From NCBI GenBank assembly GCA_040289575.1, contig PSLL01000001.1, positions 89,818-113,868 on the forward strand: a DNA stretch of 24,051 bases. Direction: 5' to 3'. Of this stretch, positions 19,367-24,051 are shown one piece after another. The notes beneath the pieces were generated by a model. It was not told the DNA's origin, searched no databases, and worked only from the letters and a program-made list of their open reading frames with translations. Every line of letters begins with the position of its first letter. Within the stretch, counting starts at the first letter, position 1. The DNA is from Candidatus Dadabacteria bacterium. Its GTDB lineage: Bacteria; Desulfobacterota_D; UBA1144; Nemesobacterales; CSP1-2. Both the position numbers and the translations under genes were made by a program.

Positions 19367-19407
19367 ACTAAAGTCTTATTGACTTTTGGCACCATTTGCA
19401 TTTTAAT
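19367..19407 (+). promoter_or_regulatory. sigma70 promoter with an abutting activator box, upstream of the NusG paralog
   Basis: ACTAAAGTCTTA immediately followed by TTGACT(19379)-N17-TTTAAT(19402). Confidence 0.7.
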
Positions 19408-19458
19408 TAGGTAATAGTATTAAAAGGAGTAGCTTCTCGATCTATAGAGGGTGGTTAT

Positions 19459-19986
19459 ATGTCGTTTGACATATTATCAGTCGATGACCTGTCCAATAGA
19501 AAGGAGTGGTACGCCGTTTATACTAAGAGCCGACATGAGAAAGTGGCGGAGATAAATTTGAAGAATCGGGGTATTACAACCTTCCTTCCTCTAAGAGAGG
19601 TTATATCTAGGTGGAAGGACCGTAATAAAACTTTAAACATTCCACTATTTCCCTCTTATGTTTTTGTAAATGTAGACCTTATGGATATAAATAAGGTTAT
19701 GTATACAAAGGGGGTCTTGAAAGTAGTTGGGTGTAATGGCACTCCGGTGCCAGTGCCTGCTGAGCAGGTTGAGTCTATAAGGACGCTTATACAAACTAAG
19801 CTAAAGTATGATCCATACCCTTATCTCGGCGAAGGAAGAGAGGTCTTGATAAAAAGGGGTCCTCTGCAGGGGGTAATCGGTAGAATTGTGGAGAAACGAT
19901 CAAAACACAGGTTTGTATTGTCTATAGACCTTGTAAAAAAGTCTGTTTCTGTAGAGGTTAATGTTATTGATATGGAGCCGCTGTAG
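19459..19986 (+). CDS. UpxY/RfaH-like specialised NusG paralog (transcription antiterminator)
   Basis: NGN domain (WYAVYTKSRHEK, PLFPSYVFV) plus KOW (VLIKRGPLQGVIG). Sits at the head of a sugar-nucleotide gene cluster rather than in a secE-nusG-rplK context. Confidence 0.9.
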   Translation: MSFDILSVDDLSNRKEWYAVYTKSRHEKVAEINLKNRGITTFLPLREVISRWKDRNKTLNIPLFPSYVFVNVDLMDINKVMYTKGVLKVVGCNGTPVPVPAEQVESIRTLIQTKLKYDPYPYLGEGREVLIKRGPLQGVIGRIVEKRSKHRFVLSIDLVKKSVSVEVNVIDMEPL

Positions 19987-19994
19987 TGTTAAAA

Positions 19995-20126
19995 ATGGAT
20001 AGGGCAGAGGTCTTAGTGATTAACGGCAATAGGTATTATCTCAATCTGCTTTACCTTATCTGCAGTGTGGTTGAGGAGATAGTAAACAGCGCGCAGGAGA
20101 CATATGTAAAAGGGGAAGAAGGATAA
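19995..20126 (+). CDS. Possible 43-aa small protein
   Basis: MDRAEVLVINGNRYYLNLLYLICSVVEEIVNSAQETYVKGEEG fills the gap between the NusG paralog and the regulator; no clear RBS. Confidence 0.35.
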   Translation: MDRAEVLVINGNRYYLNLLYLICSVVEEIVNSAQETYVKGEEG

Positions 20127-20133
20127 TATAACG

Positions 20134-20820
20134 ATGCAAAACGGGAGTCACTTGAAGAAAAGTGATGGCACTTTAAACATAGTATTGGCTTGTTATTATC
20201 CGCTCTTAGTAGAAGGGATCTATAAGATACTTGAAAGTGACAAAAGCATACGGGTGGTGTCCAAGGTTTCCAACGTGCTTGACCTGGTTCAAGCGTGTGA
20301 GGGGCTCAACTTCGATATTTTGCTTCTTGATGTCGACCTGCAGGGTTTAAATCTCTCAAAGGTTCTTCAAATACTTAAAAAGAAAAAGAATAAGACCGCC
20401 AAGGTAATTCTATTCGTAAGTAGCGACTACAATGAAAATATGCTTATAAATGCCATTCGCTCCGGCATAAGGGGATATTTGCTGAAAAATGCAGATTCAT
20501 CTCGGCTTCTAAAGGCGATTAAGGCCGTAAATGATGGTGAGCTCTGGGTGGAAAGAAAAATGATGATAAAAGTTTTAGAAGCCTTTTCATCTCCGCGCGG
20601 GGGAGTCAAGGGAAGTAAGTCCATATATGATCTTACTGAAACTGAGACAAAGGTTGTAAAATTGGTTTTGGGCGGCTGTAGCAATAAAGATATTGCAAAA
20701 AATCTTTTCCTAAGTGAAAAAACGGTGAAATTTCACTTATACAAAATTTTTAAGAAGCTCTCAGTGAAAAACAGGTCTGAACTCATACTCTACGGTTTTC
20801 GAAATGGATTTGCAGGCTAA
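20134..20820 (+). CDS. NarL/LuxR-family response regulator with atypical receiver
   Basis: REC (LLLDVDL, GYLLK) plus LuxR HTH (LTETE...SNKDIAKNLFLSEKTVKFHLYKIFKKL). Confidence 0.92.
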   Translation: MQNGSHLKKSDGTLNIVLACYYPLLVEGIYKILESDKSIRVVSKVSNVLDLVQACEGLNFDILLLDVDLQGLNLSKVLQILKKKKNKTAKVILFVSSDYNENMLINAIRSGIRGYLLKNADSSRLLKAIKAVNDGELWVERKMMIKVLEAFSSPRGGVKGSKSIYDLTETETKVVKLVLGGCSNKDIAKNLFLSEKTVKFHLYKIFKKLSVKNRSELILYGFRNGFAG

Positions 20821-21041
20821 GTAAATGGGCCGTTTGATTTAATCTTTGGTTGCCTAAGCTACCCTATCTGTGTGGGTAATGTTAACGGATTCTTGTTGCG
20901 GCTGACGCCGGTACTTACTCTAATTATTTTTGCGACTAGTGTTTTTTTTCTATGTTTCCTAGAATAGCCGATCATTCATATAATATGGACTAAAGTCATA
21001 CGTTAGATAATGAATAGGGCTTTTTTATTTAATTAATCCTT

Positions 21042-21082
21042 ACTAAAGTCCTATTGAATTTAGCCCCTAAGACACATATAAA
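21042..21082 (+). promoter_or_regulatory. sigma70 promoter with an abutting activator box, upstream of REC-glmS-ugd
   Basis: ACTAAAGTCCTA immediately followed by TTGAAT(21054)-N17-TATAAA(21077). Confidence 0.7.
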
Positions 21083-21340
21083 TATTCCTTGAAACTATAG
21101 CTGTGCAACTCACTTTTATGTAAGTGAGTCGCGGAAGCACACCTGTTGAAGGCTGCTTAAATATTTCAGAAATCCTTAGGGATTAGTCTTTAGTTTCCAC
21201 ATCTAAAATGTATACGGAGATGATAAATTATGTGGAGTAGCCTGGAGAAATTCGGTTCTCTAATGGTGGAGATTATTGCTAGGGTTCTCGGAGAAGAACA
21301 AATTTAGTCCCGTGCATTCTACTATTGTGGGAGTATACAG

Positions 21341-21778
21341 ATGACGGAGAAGATAAAACTAATAGTAGCTTGTGAGTACGCTCTCTATATAGATGCTATA
21401 TCTAGGGTGCTGGCCTCCGAAGGAGATATTGAGATTGTAGCTGAGGCTTCTAAGGCGGCGGAGGTAAAAAGGGCTGTAAGAGAGACCAAAGCCGATCTTC
21501 TTTTGCTCGACGTGGATATGGCTAAGCTCAATGCTCTAGAGGTGCTGAGTCTAGTAAGAAAAAAGAACCCTGGTCTAGGGGTTCTCTTATTTATAATGAG
21601 AGACTATGATGAGGAGAAGGTAAAGGGAGCAATCTGCGCAGGGGCACTGGGATACATTCTAAAGAACGCAAATGCTGAGGAGTTAATAAAGTCAATAAGG
21701 GCATTGGTACAGGGGGAGGTATGGATACCAAGAAAGATGATGGCCAAGGTCATCTCAAACTTCTCTTCTTTTCAGTGA
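21341..21778 (+). CDS. Receiver-only paralog of the upstream NarL/LuxR regulator (no HTH)
   Basis: Colinear with the N-terminal part of 20134..20820 (LLLDVDM, GYILKNA, GEVWIPRKMM...FSS); GGGAG RBS. Confidence 0.88.
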   Translation: MTEKIKLIVACEYALYIDAISRVLASEGDIEIVAEASKAAEVKRAVRETKADLLLLDVDMAKLNALEVLSLVRKKNPGLGVLLFIMRDYDEEKVKGAICAGALGYILKNANAEELIKSIRALVQGEVWIPRKMMAKVISNFSSFQ

Positions 21779-21895
21779 GGATTTAGAGTGAAAAATTCCA
21801 AATAATGGCTGTATTATTTATATTTAGATACAAGGTGATAGGTGACCAGCACCTCAGACCTAAGTTGATTACATAAATCTGGAGGTAGGCAGTAG

Positions 21896-23728
21896 ATGTG
21901 TGGAATAGTAGGTTATATTGGAGAACAAATGGCTGTGCCCATACTAGTAGATGGACTAAGGAAGCTAGAGTATAGAGGGTATGATTCCGCAGGCATAGCG
22001 TTTTATGAGGATGGGCAGATAATACTAAAGAGGGCTGTGGGCAAGTTATCAAATCTTGAAAATGTTCTAAATGGTAGAGTCTACACAAGCCACGTAGGAA
22101 TAGGTCATACCAGGTGGGCTACGCATGGAAAACCATGTGAGATAAATGCCCATCCCCATGGGGACTGTCAAGGAAAAATAATGGTTGTGCACAATGGTAT
22201 TATTGAGAACTATCTTTCACTTAAGCGGATGCTTATTTCCGAAGGGCACGTATTTCGTTCGGAGACGGACACGGAAGTTATATCACATCTAATCGAGAAA
22301 TACTCAAATGGGAACCTTGCACCGGCAGTAAGGAGGGCTCTCCGTGAGATAAAAGGGACATTTGCAATAGGTGTAATAAGCTCTGACTCGCCGGGCATGA
22401 TAGTGGCTGCAAGGAGGGGCAGTCCACTTATTGTAGGTAGAGGAAAGAGGGAATACTTCCTTGCTTCAGACGTGCCTGCGATACTGAGGTATACCAAAGA
22501 CGCTATATATGTAAGTGACAATGAGATGGTTGTATTAGATGGCAATGGGGTAGAGGTGACGGATATTGATGATGGGTGCTTCAAGTATAAGACTATACAC
22601 CAGATACCCTGGAGTGCTGAAGTGGCGGAGAAGAACGGGTATCCCCATTTTATGCTCAAGGAGATTCATGAGCAACCTCAGTCTGTAAAGAACACATATT
22701 CTGGAAGGTTTGCTCTCGATAAGGAGGGAGTCCTGTGGGAAGAGATAAACCTCCCACAGGAGCAGATAAGGGATATATCAAGGATATACATAGTCTCATG
22801 CGGCACCTCCTGGCATGCGTCTCTGGTAGGTAAGCACATAATAGAGTCTCTGGCACGGATTCCGGTAGAGGTGGATTTAGCGTCGGAGTTCAGATACAGA
22901 GATGCCATAATGGACAAAAACACACTCACAATAGGTATTACGCAGTCTGGAGAAACAGCGGACACGCTTGGGGCAATAAGGCGGGCTAAGGAATGCGGCT
23001 CGACGGTTCTTGTGATATGTAACGTTGTAGGCAGTAGCGCAACAAGGGAGGCAGATGGAGTCATATATACCCATGCTGGGCCGGAGATAGGAGTGGCATC
23101 TACAAAGGCATTTACATCTCAATTAGTAGCACTCTACCTGCTTGCCATATACATAGGGAGAGTTAGAGGAACTGTGTCACACACGATGATGTGCAATATG
23201 ATGGATGAACTGGGTACTATTCCCACAAAGATAGAGGATATACTCAAAAGAGAAAGGGAGTTAGAGGGTATTGCAAATCTATTCTGGGACAGAAAAGGTT
23301 TTCTGTTTCTTGGCAGGGGTGTTGCATACCCAATAGCACTCGAAGGGGCGCTGAAACTAAAGGAGATCTCGTATATTCACGCACAGGGCTATGCGGCAGG
23401 GGAGATGAAACACGGGCCTATTGCACTTGTAGATAGGGATATGGTGGTGGTCTGTCTTGTCCCGGACAACCGTCTGCGGGAGAAGATGCTTGGCAACATC
23501 GAGGAGGTGAGAGCAAGGGATGGGATAGTAGTGTCTATTGCTACGGAAGGGGATGAGGAGATAAGAGATAAATCGGATCACGTATTCTATGTGCCGAGAA
23601 CAGAAGAGTTTCTCTCCCCTATTCTCTTTACAGTGCCTCTGCAGCTTCTTGCATATCACATTGCAAAGAAGAGGGGGTGCGATATAGACCAGCCCAGGAA
23701 TCTGGCAAAAAGCGTTACTGTTGAGTAA
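21896..23728 (+). CDS. glmS: Glutamine--fructose-6-phosphate aminotransferase (isomerizing)
   Basis: MCGIVG, GHTRWATHG, QSGETADT, EGALKLKE, PRNLAKSVTVE. Confidence 0.98.
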   Translation: MCGIVGYIGEQMAVPILVDGLRKLEYRGYDSAGIAFYEDGQIILKRAVGKLSNLENVLNGRVYTSHVGIGHTRWATHGKPCEINAHPHGDCQGKIMVVHNGIIENYLSLKRMLISEGHVFRSETDTEVISHLIEKYSNGNLAPAVRRALREIKGTFAIGVISSDSPGMIVAARRGSPLIVGRGKREYFLASDVPAILRYTKDAIYVSDNEMVVLDGNGVEVTDIDDGCFKYKTIHQIPWSAEVAEKNGYPHFMLKEIHEQPQSVKNTYSGRFALDKEGVLWEEINLPQEQIRDISRIYIVSCGTSWHASLVGKHIIESLARIPVEVDLASEFRYRDAIMDKNTLTIGITQSGETADTLGAIRRAKECGSTVLVICNVVGSSATREADGVIYTHAGPEIGVASTKAFTSQLVALYLLAIYIGRVRGTVSHTMMCNMMDELGTIPTKIEDILKRERELEGIANLFWDRKGFLFLGRGVAYPIALEGALKLKEISYIHAQGYAAGEMKHGPIALVDRDMVVVCLVPDNRLREKMLGNIEEVRARDGIVVSIATEGDEEIRDKSDHVFYVPRTEEFLSPILFTVPLQLLAYHIAKKRGCDIDQPRNLAKSVTVE

Positions 23729-23746
23729 TACACAGGAGGTTAAAAG

Positions 23747-24051
23747 ATGAACATAGGTATAATTGGGACGGGTTATGTGGGGCTTGTCACTGGAGCATGT
23801 CTATCGGAGACGGGAAACAACGTCATATGTATGGACATTGATGAGGTAAAGATCGAGAACCTAAAACAGGCAAAGCCGCTTATATATGAGCCTGGACTCA
23901 AGGAACTCATTGAGAGAAATACAAAAGAGGGTAGACTCTATTTTACAACTGATCTATCGGAGGTGGTAAGGAACTCATTCATAATATTCATTGCCGTGTC
24001 TACTCCGCCAAATGGAGATGGATCGGCCGACATCAGGGCGGTGCTTGAGGT
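23747..24051 (+). CDS. ugd: UDP-glucose/GDP-mannose dehydrogenase family protein, 5' part only
   Basis: MNIGIIGTGYVGLVTGACL...IYEPGL...IFIAVSTP; AGGAGG RBS; runs off the window. Confidence 0.9.
   Translation, partial: MNIGIIGTGYVGLVTGACLSETGNNVICMDIDEVKIENLKQAKPLIYEPGLKELIERNTKEGRLYFTTDLSEVVRNSFIIFIAVSTPPNGDGSADIRAVLE

Noticed and set aside
19386..19400. TTGGCACCATTTGCA as a sigma54 promoter
   Set aside because: GG-to-GC spacing is 8 nt, not the required 10; it lies in the spacer of a good sigma70 promoter.
20921..20950. Intrinsic terminator after the LuxR-type gene (T8 run)
   Set aside because: No convincing GC stem precedes the T run.
21095..21160. c-di-GMP-I (GEMM) riboswitch
   Set aside because: GCAAC...GTCGC is only superficially similar; the GNRA loop and receptor hairpin are missing. 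Kept as an unassigned structure.
21779..21895. glmS ribozyme upstream of glmS
   Set aside because: Only AGCACC loosely resembles the AGCGCC cleavage site; the GACGAGG core is absent and the space is short.
21888..21900. GGCAGTAGATGTG as an RfaH ops site
   Set aside because: Three mismatches to GGCGGTAGnnTG, and explained by the RBS spacer plus start codon.
2266..23659. Many antisense or alternate-frame ORFs in the track (e.g. 5723..6154, 15625..16065, 18278..18694, 22210..22659)
   Set aside because: They are shadows of well-supported genes with no recognisable motifs.

Overview
Bacterial window with five blocks. (1) 1-4829: a decaying minus-strand module (sensor kinase, sigma54 response regulator, Pro-rich secreted protein, SHOCT protein, MFS transporter). 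The kinase, regulator and transporter carry many nonsense and frameshift lesions, but the sigma54 promoter and tandem enhancer boxes are still readable. (2) 4925-8230: a copper-resistance operon, csoR-copA-YHS, where copA has an apparent 10-bp deletion that removes the last transmembrane helix. (3) 8281-13797: housekeeping genes (aminotransferase, pgk-like, tpiA, secG, TPR protein, ferredoxin, nth). The PGK is full length but has substitutions at several phosphoryl-transfer motifs. (4) 13851-19324: a two-gene ABC transporter with no adjacent binding protein, a TIGR01212-like radical SAM protein and dprA. (5) 19339-24051: the head of a polysaccharide locus, with a UpxY/RfaH-like NusG paralog, a possible small ORF, an atypical NarL/LuxR regulator, a receiver-only paralog of it, glmS and a partial ugd. 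Two sigma70-type promoters in this block share a 20-bp box fused to their -35 elements. The best candidates for new biology are the block 5 regulatory circuit and the degenerate PGK. All family assignments are from motif recognition only; no database searches were run.
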